DNA of 64,000 bases from Marsupella aquatica (Eukaryota; Plantae; Marchantiophyta), in NCBI GenBank assembly GCA_973895155.1, contig OZ316895.1, positions 19,606,803-19,670,802 of the forward strand, written 5' to 3'. The notes beneath the pieces are model-generated. The model was not told where the DNA came from. It did not search any database and saw nothing but the letters and a program-made list of their open reading frames with translations. The position numbers and the translations under genes are program-made. This document shows positions 37,501 through 52,264 of this stretch, in pieces (the stretch's first letter is position 1; each line of letters opens with the position of its first letter).

Positions 37501-40500
37501 GTTTTCTGCTCATCCATTTATTTCACCACCTGCCTGGTATGATTCCCTTCGTCGATGATTCTCTCCCATCGATTAAGTCGTGCGTCGTGACCTCTGGGAA
37601 ACATCTAGAAGTCCAAGGTTCGTTCGTTAATCCCCTTGTCCATTGAGGCCTTCTGAATGTTTCCTGGAAGAAGCGACTTCCGTCGCCCTCTCGAGCTAGA
37701 TCAATTCGTCCCTCAACCTACCGGTGGGAGACTTCGATTGAATCAATTGATTTTGAAGTCAGGCTGATGGCAAAGATGCAATTCCACAACCCACCACAAC
37801 CCCGATGCGCGCAGTATGCAACAACGCGCCAATGAAGAAGCCAAGTTACATACTGCAAAGCTGGCTCTCGCACTCGATGATCCGAGCGGCAGTTTAATTC
37901 CAGTTATTAGATTCGACAGTTAAGACACAATCCGAGTGTATGCCATTGATTACGCTAACAAAACTTTGGTCTACAAAAAGCATGCGTCCATGCAGCACGC
38001 TTCATTTGCTCTCCCTTCATTCCCATCCCCAGGACCAACTCGTTTGCCTTCACATCTCATCTACTCGTATACGAAAGAGCGAACCCAAATAGGCAAATAC
38101 TTTCCAGGGGGCGTAACCATATTCAATGTAACCATAAGGGCCGGAACCTTTTAGGAGGTGTAATAACCACACCGGGGGCGGAGTAATGATGTGCCTGCAG
38201 CCGACGTTTTAAAACTTTTCGGGGGTGTAACCATGTTGGGGGTGTGACGTTAGCAGTACGTAGGGCTGCTGATAATGGTTGCTGGGTTCTAATTCGTTTC
38301 AGGTATGTCGTAATTGGTGACTTCCATGTTATGCTCTCAATTGTCCGGTGAATCCCCTGGACGACTCTCAGAGAGTCAGAGGTTTCCCACTTCCACCTTC
38401 GGAAGGTTAAAGCAACTATTTGTTTCTGCACTGTGATGGTTTGCAGTGGAACGGATTGAAGGAGGATGGAGACAATGAGGGGAGGATAATTGCAACTGAC
38501 TGCAGTAGAGACCTGGGACTCCACGCTTGAGCATTTCCAATTCACGGATTGAAGGTCACTCCCAGGTGCCCTTCAGTTCATGTTCAAATTTTCTTTTCTT
38601 AGTTTTCACCTGCTGTCTGTACATTTGCTGTACGGTAGTTTAAGTGAGCGACACAATTGTCACGCAGTTTTCATGGCACGACAACAAGTGGGGATACAAC
38701 TTCGGTGATTCATCCCTATCTCTTTCGTTTCTGGCCATCCACCCGGGATCTGTGTAGAAGCTGGGGTAGTTGAGTAATTAATCTTACTTCCAATCTTTCA
38801 TGTACCCCTGTTTCGGTGTGCAGGTCTGCAAATGATATTAGCGAAGCTGAAAATTTTCGATATACATGAATTATTTTACTGAAGGCACTATTACTGCATC
38901 AGGCCGGAAGTTTGATATAAAACTAGGTGACTTAAGGGCTCGTGATCTTTTTACAGCTATGAAGTCAAGGTTCCTTTTATGAGAAAAAGACTTTTCGTTT
39001 GCAGTGGCTTTGGATTATTTCTAGAGCATTGGTTAAAGGAGCACTGGTTTAATACGGCGTCTGCGCCCCTGCCTCCGGACGGACAGATTTTCACTTTGCT
39101 CGAGGTGTTTTTCTCGCCCGCTTCCTCTCGATCAATTACTCGACCATTCATTCATTCATTCAATCATTGAATCAATCAATCAATCAATTAATTCGTTACT
39201 ACCATCATTGAACAAGGAGGCTTTCAAAATGTATTTTGAAATCTTCAAACGAAGCGATGCGATTTGGATCTAGGGTTTGCAATGCTGATCTCTCAAACTT
39301 GTGTACTGAATTTGATGAAATAAAAGCGTTGCCCTTCCGGAAAGAGTCTGTCCAAGACCTCGTGGATGTGGAGCGTCAACCAATATGTGAGCCCCTTACT
39401 TTGCGACAGTACTCTTTCAATGTTGTCGAATGCCTTCAGTGTGCAATAGCAAAAGTCTATGCTGCCAATCGGATGTCAGCGCATTTCAGTAAAGTGCCCA
39501 AGCACCTTGTAGATGTTGTAATTGAACGTTGAGATGTTTCATTTTCATAGAAAGTTTGCGCAGAACAGATGTCTACAGGTTCTACAGCGTGCTTGCAGCA
39601 GCTATTAAGGCTTTGAAAAAATCCCATAGCAGGTTATATATCGTTTACAAACTACAGGAGACGGGAATACTTTATTTGCAGAGGCGGGGCATGATACGAT
39701 TGTATGCACGGTAGAGGTCTTTGCTTTGCAGGTGACTATCTCCAGGGATGGCATTGCGAAGATTTTGATTGGACTGCGTGTTGGCATGAGATGTGGGCGA
39801 GACGATCTTTATTACTGCCCACAATTGTCGAATTGTATTGACAGAACATGAGAGCTTTTTGGTAAACTTATTAGGACAGAAGGATGTGGTCTGTTCATCT
39901 AAGGAAGGCGTCAACACCTACTTTCATGATCCCTGAGGATTTTGTGTTGTCGTCTTCTTAGAGCATGCAAGCAGAATCAGAGTATTTGCAGCGACAGAGG
40001 ATGGAGTTTTGAGTTGAAATAAATCGTCGTATACAAGTCTGTACCTGCATTTTGAGAATTTCTTGTAGGACAAGCAGCTTCTATGGTCATATCCATCCCT
40101 TGGTTCAACGACGCAAGTGAGGTAGGAGGCTAACCTTCATAGTCTCGACCTTCAATGTGACAAATAGATCATCTGTTCTTCTTTTCCCATCGAGCTATGT
40201 AGGTCCGATTTCAAAGCAAAGGCGATGAAGAAGCGCAGGCCGCAGGCAAATTGTGGTGGTTTGTAGCAGTGGCTTCAAAATCGCGGGCATTTGGGATTAG
40301 AAAATAAATTGAGGTTCCAATTCAAAAAGCAGGCCCATGAAGCCCATGAACAAGTTAGCTGTGCTGCAGGAGAAATATAGAAAGCCTCGGAGTACGTTGT
40401 TCTCAGTCTTGCCTTTTTTTTTCTTCTTCTTTTCATTCTGGTGTGTGCATAGAATAATTCGAAGTATGAAATGATAGTAACTCATGAGAGGTTTGTGGAG

Positions 40501-41049
40501 AATTGAGTTTCACATAATATCTCGAGCCCTATTAGGGAGCCTTAGATTTCCCATCAGCCAACAATGGCCCCAACCACTCTCTAAATTACAGCCCCAACTA
40601 CTCTCTAAATTACAGGTTCTGCTCTGTGCGCTCTGTGCACTGCTAGACTACTCACCTTGCCAACTCATTTTAGGCATATAGTCACTTTTGTATTTTATTT
40701 TGTTCATTTTTAGGTTTCTAAATGTTTAGTTTTTAGTCTCTAATTGTGCACTTTTTAAATCACAAAAGTACATAATGGCACAATATTGTATAACTAAATG
40801 GTCAATTGTAAATTTGAGGAGTCTCATCTTAATTTACAAAGGATGAACATGGTGATACATGTCATGGCCATTATTTTTATTTCTTGTTCAATTGTACACT
40901 TTTTGAAAATTAAATGTATATTTCTTATTATTCAAATATTCATAAATTGAATAATAATTCACTTTTAATGAATAAATTGACTAGATGGATTAAATAACTT
41001 ATTTAAAATGCATACATAGACTTTTTTCTTTGAACGGAGTACGTTAGTT

Positions 41050-42670
41050 AAATCACATATGCCAAAATATATAGCATGTTCATCGTGGAGCATGCTTTTT
41101 TTGGTCTTGTAGTGATATGTAATTCATTTGATTTATTTTATGATAAAAGAAATAGGTACATGTAAAGTATAGGCCTAGAAATTAATACCTTGTTAATTAA
41201 AAGTGAATGACATAGTACACATGAAAAGAAAAGCACATTATGACCAAGAAACTACAAAGGTATTAAAGAATTGTGCACATACAATACATATTTTCACTTG
41301 CTTCTAGGTAATTAGTTCGTGGACCCTCACCTGTTTTAATTGAATGAGATTGAAAAGTGGATAGTAAGGAAAACGAGCGCTCGTGAAGGGCATTGGTGAC
41401 TGAAGGCCCCGCGAGCGAGAGACATCAAAATCAGAAGGATTCAGCAAGGAAAGTTGACCTTGTTCAATCGATCTGCTTTTGCCTTTTTCTTCTGCTCAGG
41501 TCGCTGCCTTTCCGCTCTTCTTTGCCCCGATCGTGTTTCTGCAGTGTTTTATATCTTCTTGTTCGATCCTGAATTTACTCTTTCAATTTTCTGTTGTTCT
41601 TTGGATCATCGGGGCGTTGTGTTAGTCTCTCTCGCCCTTTCGTATCTCCTTCGCTTCTCCTGGCTTACGCTTTCACTTCACCATGGCCTCTTTTGATCTT
41701 TGTTTTGATTTCAGGTTCAAATTGCAGTCCTTCTCTTCCTGATTCAATAGTTTCTTTGTTATCAATCTTTGATGGGGCAGCTTTGATTTCACCTTCTCGT
41801 TTCTCTCAACATTGCATTTGCACACATTCACAGCACAATCACAATCAAAATCAACAACGAGAATGCGTGTAGAGGTTGTGGCGCGGAGGAGTGCTCGTTG
41901 CAGTGTGGATTGTGGGCGGGATGGATTGTAGTGGACGTTAATTACGTGTTTCTAGTGACAAGTGCTTACTTTCGATTACACATTTCATTAAATTTTTTTT
42001 CTCTTTTTAATTATTACTTAATTAATGGTTAATTGAACCAGAGGGTGTGCATTCGGTTATTTAGGGGTTACAAAAATGGTTATTGTCTATCTCAACTTCA
42101 ATAATTTGTTATCTCAAAGTAAATAATACGGTTACTTGTAAAACAAGTTTACATGAATTTTTACGGCATGGCGTCCCCAATTTTACCAAAATCCTGCCGC
42201 AAACACAAATGTTAAAGTCACTTTATTTTGTAAATCAATTCGTACCTGTTTGCAGCGCGTCAGGATGACGTGGCGCACTGTGGAGCCAGGAGTTTTGGAA
42301 GGGACCTCTAGTGGGGTCCGCAATGACAATCAACTCAATTAAAACCATAAGGTTTGTAAAAGAAACAACGAGGGGAACTTAGTACACCAAATGTGCACAT
42401 TGTTCAAACTCATTTCTCTCTCTCTCATGAGAAAAAAGATAATCCACTAAGGGGTGATTGAAAAGGAAACATTAAACATTTATGAGGGGAGCCAAATACA
42501 ATCAAAATAGTCTAAGTTCACTAAAATTGAAAGGGGTCCAAAAGTTAATTCAAACTCAAATTAATATAAATGATTCACCTAGTTAAGGCACATTAACATA
42601 AATATACTGAACACAAAATCTGGAAAAGACAAAATCTGAAAGGTGAATTCACCATATATTCATAATTTTG
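41050..42670 (+). repeat. Dispersed repeat family B with an unrelated ~1 kb central segment
   Basis: The ends match 190-300 and 370-790 (e.g. ACACAAAATCTG..AAGACAAAATCTGAAA.GTG.ATTCACCATATATTCA). Confidence 0.6.
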
Positions 42671-44343
42671 GTATAAAACCCCCATTCCTAGGCCTCTCTC
42701 ACTAAGACCCAGTCTTGTGGTGAAAGAGTGGAGCACAAGCCTCATTCCTAGGCCTCTCTCACTACTCCCCATTCCTGTGGTGAAGAGTGGAGCACCATAA
42801 AAGGTGAAGCACTTGCCAATTAAAAAAAAAGGTGTTGTACTCACCTCTATTAGCTCAAAGGCTCAAAGCCCATTCCTGAACATTTGCACTTTACAATGAG
42901 AGTACAGTGTAGCTCTTTATAGGTGCACTTGTACTTGCAAAAGTGAAACAAATTTAATGGAAAAGTGAAAACCAATAAAGACAAAACCAATAAAGACGGA
43001 GTCCCAGGCTAGACCCCAAACCAGGTCAAAGGCCAACTGCATACACAGCCTTGTCACATCACTTGCAGGAGGTGGCGTCCCTGGATAGTTCAGGTGTAGA
43101 CTCTAACTTGTTCTGCACATTGGTGTAATGAAATCCCAAAGGCCTTTTTAGTTTTTTAAACCACATTTGCCTGTTTTTCTCATGTACCTGTCACTGTACA
43201 TAATGCACAATCACATACAGCAGAGAAAATGGAGTGTTTTGGAGCCAAAGTTGGTTCATTTTGGGGAATTTTTGGCACTCATGGTCGTCCCAACTGTTCA
43301 TCATAGGGGTCAATCTCTGGCTCAGAATATAGGTTTTGGAAGAGCAAATAATTTCTCCTCAAAACAGTTCATTCTTTGTGAGAATTTTGCAAGACAGAAA
43401 TGGTAGGCAGTAAGTGAGGTAGGGCATGGAGCTGACTTTGGCAGGAGTGAAGATTGAGTGTGCAGGGTTTTTATACGGGCAGTTGCAGTTACATAAAAAC
43501 TAGTTCCAGTTCCAGCATTATCCTTGCACCACACTACCCATATATAAGGGGAAGGTGTGCAAGACTTCTCCATATTTCTACTCATTTTCTTCTTCTAAGG
43601 TGCCATCCCCACAACAACCCATTTATAATACCCATGTGTAAGGGGAAGATGTGCAAGACCTCCATTTTCCCACTCATTTACTTCTAAGGTGCCATCTCCA
43701 CAATTTCAGGTAAAACTTTATTGTTTCCAGTGAAATTGGAATCCTCCGGGTAACCCTTAGTTCTTGAACAGAGGCAGCTGTGGTTTAAATCAAAGGAGAT
43801 CTAGTGGTCAGAAATAAATCTAATTCTGTTTTTCCAACGTGACGTTCGCCAAAGGAAAAACTAAAAAAACAACTAATCACTCGTTCCCTAATTCGTCGCT
43901 AGCGTCTCCTTTTGATCGGACAGGTCTCAGTGGTCTCTTGTCTCCTTACTACTACAGTCCCTAAACCCCCCCGCCTCCTTGTCGGCCGAAGAGCTTTTAG
44001 AGCTTGGCCGAGCTCCTGCCAGGCTCCCACACCCTCGACAGTCTGCACTTCGATACTCCCATTCTCGATCTCGTGCAGATTTTTCCCAATTTGAAATTTC
44101 GGTAGTGAATCACGACTCGACTTTGAAGAGCATCTTGGCCTGTTGTCGCTAAACTGTCTTTTGTGCAGTCGATTCTTTGGGACATTCTGGACAGACAGCT
44201 GGAGATTTTGACCACAGAGGAGAGCTGGTTGGATTGAACTTTGACATCCCCAGAGAGGTGATTCATTTATTGTGAACTCCTGTCAATCGTTGTGGAATTG
44301 CGGTGATCGCTGCTGGGCCTGGGAGAGAGGAGGGTGTGGAATT

Positions 44344-47300
44344 ATGGCACCGGGCTTGCCGCCGCTGCCTAAGACTCTGAGCGAATTTTGCGATTCGAAG
44401 TACTGGGATGCATTTTTCAAGGCGAGAGGGGGCCGCCCGTTTGAATGGTACGGCGACTGGAAGCTCATTTCCAAGCTCTTGACAGAAAAATGTGAATTGA
44501 AGACGGGTGATGTGGACCAGAAAATCTTGATCCCGGGATGTGGGAATTCCACTCTCTCTGCGGACATGTACGATGCCGGCTTCATTCACATCACGAATAT
44601 TGATTTTTCTCGAGTGGTTATAGCGCAAATGTTGCGAATGCATGTCAGGTCTCGGCCACGCATGCGTTGGCTTGTTATGGACATGACAAAAATGCAGGTG
44701 CAATTATTGTCTCATTATCTCCTGGAATATTGTTGTTGAAGACTGCTGTGTGGATTTGTTTGAGCGCCCCCCCCCCTCCGTTCATTTTCCTATTTAAATT
44801 TTAGCTGAATGTTTCATTACATATATTAATCCGTATGTTTTGATGCAGTTCCTTGTTATCTCCCTGTCGTAATTTGTCCCAGGAATTTGTCTTCCTTTCC
44901 TGTAGACTATTTGGTATCTTTGAAGCCTACATTGATATTCGTCCCGTTCGTTTCCAAATCAAATTTTATCCACTGCTTTCATTTCTAGGATTCAATTTAT
45001 GAAAGCCCACTATTAGCTCTATTCAGGCCCACTTTCACTTCGCCTTGTTTTTCTGCAATAAGTTTGTTTTCTTTTTTAATCTGTGTTTGCTTTGGTCCAA
45101 ACTTTTCAGTAATTTCACCCAATATATTTCTGAGTCAGCATTTGTGCAATGGGCTTTGAGAATTATTCTGTTCTGATGGTGTTTGAGCTGACGTTCAGTT
45201 TGTCCTCGTTCATTGCTGAGTATTGTCTTATGTATTGCTCTCAGAATTTAACATGGATAAAGGAATGATGATAGAATGATGCTCTTGACCTTTCCTTCGC
45301 CTCCTGATTTCCATGCAGTTGCCGGATGATGCATTTGATGCCGTCATTGATAAAGGTGGATTGGATGCCCTTTTGGGTGAACCTGAAGATGACACTTCTT
45401 CAGGATTATCGTTTCTATCTGAGGTCTGTTGCATGTTGACAGACTCTTCGCATCAACTTACTATAGGGTCTGTGCAGTAGTAGCGTACAAGTATGTGTAT
45501 TAAGGATGGCAGCAAGAATGGACGCGGGAGGCAGCATTTGCTACTGTGTGCTACTGTTGTTCAATTCTGCAAATTGAAAGGTGTTTACTTAGTCACATTG
45601 AATCGAATTCCAATTTTGGACGAGTTGTTTAATTAAGGGGAAGTATTTGCTCGGGAGGTCATACTCCTAAAAGCCTCAGTGTAATTGCAGGCTACTGATG
45701 CCTTCACTGCCTCTCTCTCTTGTAGGTGAAGCGAGTCTTGAAAGTAGCCGGAAGATTTGCCTGCATCACGTTGGGGCAGCAGCATGTGATTGGTAAGCAG
45801 TGAATGACTTTAGAGTTAGGCCCAATTGAATAGGTAAATGAGAAGTTTTGCCTCTGTGGCATCATCGTATCTATGTAAAGGGGTTCTAAATCTCACAACA
45901 GCTCCAGATGTCCCTCTTACTTTTCATAAAGTGATTGTCTTTCATGTTCTGGATATGATCAAATTTATGCGGGTGTGCAGAGTTATTATTGCATACATTC
46001 AGGGAAGGCTGGCGGTTAAGTATTCACGGGTTGCAACTATCAGCCGCCGACTCCCCATCAAGCTTGCAGCCCTTTCTCGTTATTGCAAAACATGAAGGCG
46101 GGGAAACTTCGTCACAGGTGTCTTTCGAATTGGATTTGGACTGGCGGGGGCAATCGAATAAGATTCAAGTAAGTTCAAGAAAACTACTTAAGTCATCCAG
46201 GGAAGACAAGCTTTTCGTGTCCTAGTAAACTTCTTGAATCTTTCAAAACTCTTTGTAGCGTTTGAGTTATCTGCTCCGCCCATAATTTTTCAATTGTAGT
46301 GTGCAAGAAATTATTTGCCAAAATGCTCGGGCATTCTACCACGAAGGTTTGAAATCTGTTTCAATGTTTCCTACTGCGTGTCTGAGTAATCCATGTGTAA
46401 TCTTATGCAGATGCAAGCTGTCGTTGTAGCGGTAGACGTAGAGAATGCATTGCGCAGCAAGGGGCTGACAACCTCTGAGATCGGCGAAGAACATGAAACC
46501 AGTCCCCAAAACCTTTATGACAAATTGCATCCAGGCCGCAGATTAACAACAAAGCTTGTTAGCGAAGATTCCCGGTTCACATTCACTGGCGTTGTCCTGG
46601 ATGCCCAGGAGGATATTGAAATTGCGTATCAATGTGCTGTTTTCCTTGTCCCGAAGGTAATTGTTTCATAAGATGGAGCTACTTACATCTGCATGTGCCC
46701 TTTACTGTCTGCGGTGTAAGGAATAGCAGAAGTGGAACAGTGAACATGGTAGTTAGGCTATTGGACATATCGTTATCATCCTTTTTGAGTTATTTAGTTC
46801 TTCAAGTTGCTGGTTTATGTCAAGATGTATCCTTTTGTCTTTGTTTGATCATCATATTACTGACATTTACATCAACGGACTCGTTTGAAACAGCAAAAAC
46901 ATAAGTTTTGTGGAAATAGTGAACCGTCAGAGCAGAAATTGGTTGTTGCAGTGCATCCTCCAGACTCATAAATAACAACACTCATTTTAAGTTGCCCATA
47001 TTTCAATGTGATGTTCCAGGGCAGAGCACATGAGTGGCTTTTCTCATCCGCAGAGGGTCAGTGGGAGTTAACGGAGAGTGCAAAAGCAGGTCGGCTAATA
47101 CTGGTAGACTGCACTACCACTTTTGTGCTTTTCATGGCTGAGATACTATTAACAATTTCAAGACCAATCTTAGCCGATTTCTGACTGATTCTGATTCTGA
47201 CTCCTGTAGGTATCACTGGACCCGAATCTATGTGCTGGTGATATTATCGGAGTCAAGGTATTCTGCCTAATATGGTCTCAATTATGATGCGACTGTAGAC

Positions 47301-50300
47301 ATAGAGCTTAAAATGGTGACCTTTTAGATGATTACAGAGGTGGACATTACATCCATTCTTGACCACCTTTTGGTTTTGGCTAGCTAGTGTGAATGTCTTC
47401 AGTGCAACAGTAGCTTCACATCCAAGTCAGAGGATAACTTTGGTAGGAGATTCATTCACATTGATTACTGAAAGGTTAAGTTACTATCACAATATTGGAT
47501 ATAACTCTTGGTTGGCTCCCTGAACTTTTGCAGGATGATTTATCTCCGTTGCTGAAGCCTCTTTTCCCGCTGGGATCCAGAGATAGTGGGAATGTGCCGT
47601 AAGTATGCTCTTTACTTTGCGTGAAGTCTGCTCAAGGAAAATAATGTTTACTGAAATGATTATACGTAAAGCGATAAGTATCACAGCGTAGCACTAAACG
47701 TACTTGTTTTGAACTTTCTTGCTTTACTTCCTTTGCCCCATTTGTATTTTCAAATGTTCAAGAAATCTTCAATGTTGGGATGATACTATTGAAGCTATAT
47801 TTAGGAACATGGACAGAAATTGCGAGCCAGACCCAGTCAAGGCGTAAGAGGTTCTGTCCACTGTAACACATAGCGTGCATCTCTCTTTATGTGAAGAGAA
47901 AAGCAATTATTGTCCAGGGTAGGATGCCGATGGATGCGATGTGAATTTGCAAGGTAGCAAGACGCTCAAAATATCGATTCCTTTCTGGGATGCAGGTATA
48001 TGACGCAAGGTGATGGGGTCGCAAGCAGGAACATTTTAGCTGAAGTATGTCAACTGTGGTTTTATCTAGTTCGAAATATAATTCGGTTGATTTCAATGCA
48101 TTTCAGTGGGTGGCAACTTATTGGTTGAAAACTATCCTCTGCAAGACCCGTCTTCGTGATTGATGTGTGGTGGTAAATGGTAGTCGGATACGACTGTAAT
48201 GCTGTCAAATTAGTTAAATACGAGGTTGTACAGACCATAATTGTTCTTCTTGATTCTTTGATATCACAGATGTGAAAGGACAGTTTTCTCTGTATCTTCC
48301 TACTACATGTCTCATTAAAGGAACTACCATGGTTTGATGTCCTAATTTGTTATTTTTCTGCGAAACTTCTGTTACTCGGAAGTGTTTCCATCAGTCTAGA
48401 TCTGATTGTATGTACGAATTATGACAGGTTGATTCTCCCATAACGGGACCCATGGTGGTCGAGGATGTGCATCTCTCAGATGAAAAACCTGACATCAATA
48501 AACCAAAAGGAGCAAAGCTTGACCTTTTTCGGCGGCTGGTGTTCAAAAGAAACCCAAACTTAATACAATCTGAGGCTCTGTTGGTGCAAGAGAAGGGGGG
48601 CGCTGGTGAAACCAGTGGTAAGCATAGTACCGGTAAAAAGAAAAAGAAGCCTGCCAAGGATGTCAGTCCTTCAACAAACCCAGGTAAGAGGTGGTACATG
48701 TATGCAAGATAGTCTCGTGATTATCATAGGTTTTATGATTAAAAAGTTTCAACGAGGACACAGCACTAGGTAGGACGTCTTGAATTGCTTTACATCAACG
48801 CTGGTATGAAAGGTTGTGAAAGGTGATTTTTGTAATCCCACATCGCTTCAGGGACCTTTGAACAACTAAAGGTGGATCACAGCTACTTGGTGAGCCCATA
48901 TCATGCGGGAATGATTGCTTCATTTGCTTTGATCGCAAGAAACCTGAAGCAGTGGTTGGCTTCTAAGGAGGAGGTATGGAGCAAAAAGAGCGTATCCTCG
49001 ATCCAGACTCTGGTCTTGAATTTTAGCAAACAGAAGAGGACACTTTCTAAGCTGGTAGCTGAGCTATTTGCCATTTCGGAATTTCTTGTTCTGTTTAGCA
49101 TCATGGGTGATACTTCGATTAGTTGTGGCTTATTGTATCTGCTCAATCCAGTCGAGGACTAACAACGTCAAACCAAATCTCTACTTTTAATCTAGAGCCT
49201 TATCTCAGGGATGGTCGTATTTTAGATTGCTGAAGGTTTATTTGAAAGTCCATGCAGGTTAACTTTGTCTTCACGTATTGCCACTCAACACTAGCGTAGA
49301 TCTGTTGAATAGTTGGTTTAAGTCATACGTATCTTTGTTAGATATTGTTCGACGTTTTCTGCGATGATGTTAACTAATCGTTCCTTTTGCTTTGTTTTGT
49401 ACGTTCCCCCGTCCCCTATCGTCAAATGAAACAGATCAGATTGATGCTTGTCGGGCTAGGGGCTGGTTCACTTCCAATGTTCGTCCATAATCACCTTCCT
49501 ATGAATAACATCCAGGTACTTGTTCATATTCGGCACCTCTTATTCAAGTCGATTTAGTCAGTAAGACATTCTGGTTAATCAATGGTTTGAATGGAGTTTT
49601 AGTGACAAGGTGAGGTTGTGCTGGACCAGATTGTCGAGCTAGATCCAGTGGTTGGTGATGTGGCCAAAATTCATTTTGGGTTCATTGAAGATGAGAGAAT
49701 GAAGGTACCTCCCCGCTTATGGCCTATCGTGTGCTCTCACTCTCATACTGTCAGTTCTGCTTTCGGTTCATTTATCTTGCAGGTGGCTTTTTCTTGATTG
49801 CAGCATTGTTGTCCTGGTTGAATTGATCAAACTAATCGCATAGTGGTTGAGGACATATTTTTGTGAAATCCCTTTTAGTTAGTAGTTGGTGTCCTACGTT
49901 TTTGAGTTCGGAACTTACTGCCTGATAAAGCCACTGATTGATGTCATAAACATACACTAACAAATAGTTTTTTTTCCCTCTGCAGCTTCACGTTGGAGAT
50001 GGACTCGTGGCTGTTCGGTCCATTGCTTCGAAAGCTTCTCTTTCAAATGTGCATCTAGGTCTTCAAGATGATTCAGGTATATTCACCAGTGAAGACCTAA
50101 GAACTGAAAATGGCTGCCGCTTTAGAAAGTTATGATAAAATACTGATTCATTTTAAGATTCTGTTGCAGATCAGCAAAACAAGGAAGACGGATCGACAGG
50201 TATTTCTTTAGAATATGTAAAACATTTTGAAAGGCTGGGGGTTGAGGATGACGACACCAGAAACTTGACTTTTGGAGATAACAAGGCAGATTCCAGACCT

Positions 50301-51289
50301 CATATTCTTATAATAGATGCAGATTCAACAGACGTGAGGTAAGTTTTGAATTTTTTTACCCGTGTACATTCTTGCTTATCCCATTTCAGTTAACAATTGA
50401 ATGTGATGTATGCACTGTCTTGTAAAAGTCTGAGAGTCTCAACGAAGTTGGCCCTTGGACCTATGTCCAGACTCCAGAGTGTACCGGTATCAAATGACTT
50501 TCGTTTGCTTGTTAACATTCTCCAGAAGTTATCAGATGCGCAAATAGTGCAATGGTTGGAGGAGTCGGAAAAGTATATGTCCGTGGAAGATAGCTATGTA
50601 TTTTCTGCAAGTGCGATTGCAGTTGGTGTTGACTCTTCAGCTTTGCTATGAATAATGAAATCAATACCAGCCGTTGACTAGTTTTGGTTCGGGTAGATTA
50701 TTGCGTCAAGTTGAGGTGGTTCACTTATCACAGACATTTCGTGTTCCTGATATTTGCAGCTCGGGCTTGAGTTGCCCCCCTGCAGACTTTCTGGAAGGCC
50801 CTTTCTTACTAGCAGCAAGAAGCGCGTTGGTGGACGGTGGAATGCTGATAATAAATGTTGTGTCTAGGACAACATCTCATCACGTTAAAGCTGTGTCTCA
50901 ACTAAAAAAAGTAAGTACCCTGTGGTGTTGGTACGCCAGAACAAATGGTTTGAACGTTTTCCTGGATGCCGCAGTGAACATCGCTCCTACAAGAAAGTTT
51001 CACCGGTGCTCTAGGACAGTTTTCACCATCGATATTTTCCTCCCATGTGTTTGCAAGACACCTAAATTTTGGTTGTTACATGCAGTTTTTCGAAGAATTG
51101 TATGGCATTGAGGTGAACGAAGACGTGAATCGTGTACTTATCGCTCTTCCCCAGGCTCGAAATGGTGTTGTGTCCTCTAACATCATGAATGATTTGTCCA
51201 TATTGGAGGATATAGCGAAGAATTTTGCTCCATGGGGAAATGGACCGGAGTTAAGAAATATCTTGAAAGATTTGAAACGTTTGAAATGA
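44344..51289 (+). CDS. METTL13: eEF1A lysine and N-terminal methyltransferase (METTL13-like, two SAM-dependent MTase domains), ~17 exons
   Basis: Exon 1 (44344-44697): YWDAFF..R...FEWYG, ILIPGCGNS, ITNIDFS, VMDMT. Exon 45319-45423: DKGGLDAL. Exons 46411-46656 and 47020-47103: FLVPK|GRAHEWLFSS. Exon 48428-48682: FRRLVFKRNPNLIQSEA. Second domain: LVGLGAGSLPMF, VELDPVV, LIIDADS, SCPPADF, NVVSR. Last exon ends at TGA 51289. Confidence 0.93.
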
Positions 51290-52264
51290 TCGGTGAAAGA
51301 AGCATAGAATTTCGATGAGAGCAACCAGTGCCATCCCACACGTGGCTTACACAAATTCACCGGGAAGTTTTTCCTCATGCCCTTGTGTTATTCTCAGTCG
51401 AGCTAATGTTAGTTGCCTACATGTGTGTGTCTATCGTCGAGTGTTTTTGTTGTTGATCTAATGTTTGGATTTACAAAGTGTCGTTCCGACTCGCTTCTGA
51501 CAATATATACGAGTGATGTAGGGTCAAGGTGATCATTCATCAGACATAAAAGTTCATAGTCAGGACACCTGGAAAGTCACCAAACAGTGGTATCATCTGG
51601 AAAATCTCACTTACAGTTATGACCTGGCTTCCTCTCAAGATTCAGTTCCTGGGTCTTAATGTAATTCAATCGAACTACCAAACAGATGAAATGAGGCAGT
51701 AATCAACTGGCGAAGAGAGAACCTTCACGCTCCTGGGTGCTTTGAATGAACTTTCCAAGTACAACGTAAGCGAGGCCTTGTAAAGGACCATGTACCGTGA
51801 GACCCATCTGAAGGAGAGGGTGAGAACAGCGCTGGCACCACCCACAATTAGCAACAATTGTTGTCCTCAGGATGACTTCTATGTTCAGCAAACAGTAGCC
51901 CTCTAAAACCAGATGAAGCCCAAAAGTCCAGGACGCCATCAAATTGGACGGCACACTCACGCCCCTGCAAAGCTTGCGAACTGTTGTGCCAAGGCCTCTC
52001 CCATTCATTACTTGTCTGGCCCTCCTTCAACCTACCTCTGGCTTCACGGTTCGCATTATATTGAAGTCTAGGCAATGCATTAAACAAGGCCAGCCATCTG
52101 TGTCAAATACTCTGGACACTTACACGAATTGTAAGATCCTTTCTTTTCGTCTTCTTCCAAAAATTTTGATGCAAGCGAACTGAAGTATTCAGAATGAAGA
52201 TTCTCACCTGAGTATTAACCGATGTGGATCAAAGCATGTGGTATTTGAATGGTTGGACTGTGTA

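Noticed and set aside
51675-52183. Overlapping short ORFs between the METTL13 and orphan-gene 3' ends
   Set aside because: There is no consistent frame, motif or splice support. It is probably 3' UTR or intergenic sequence.
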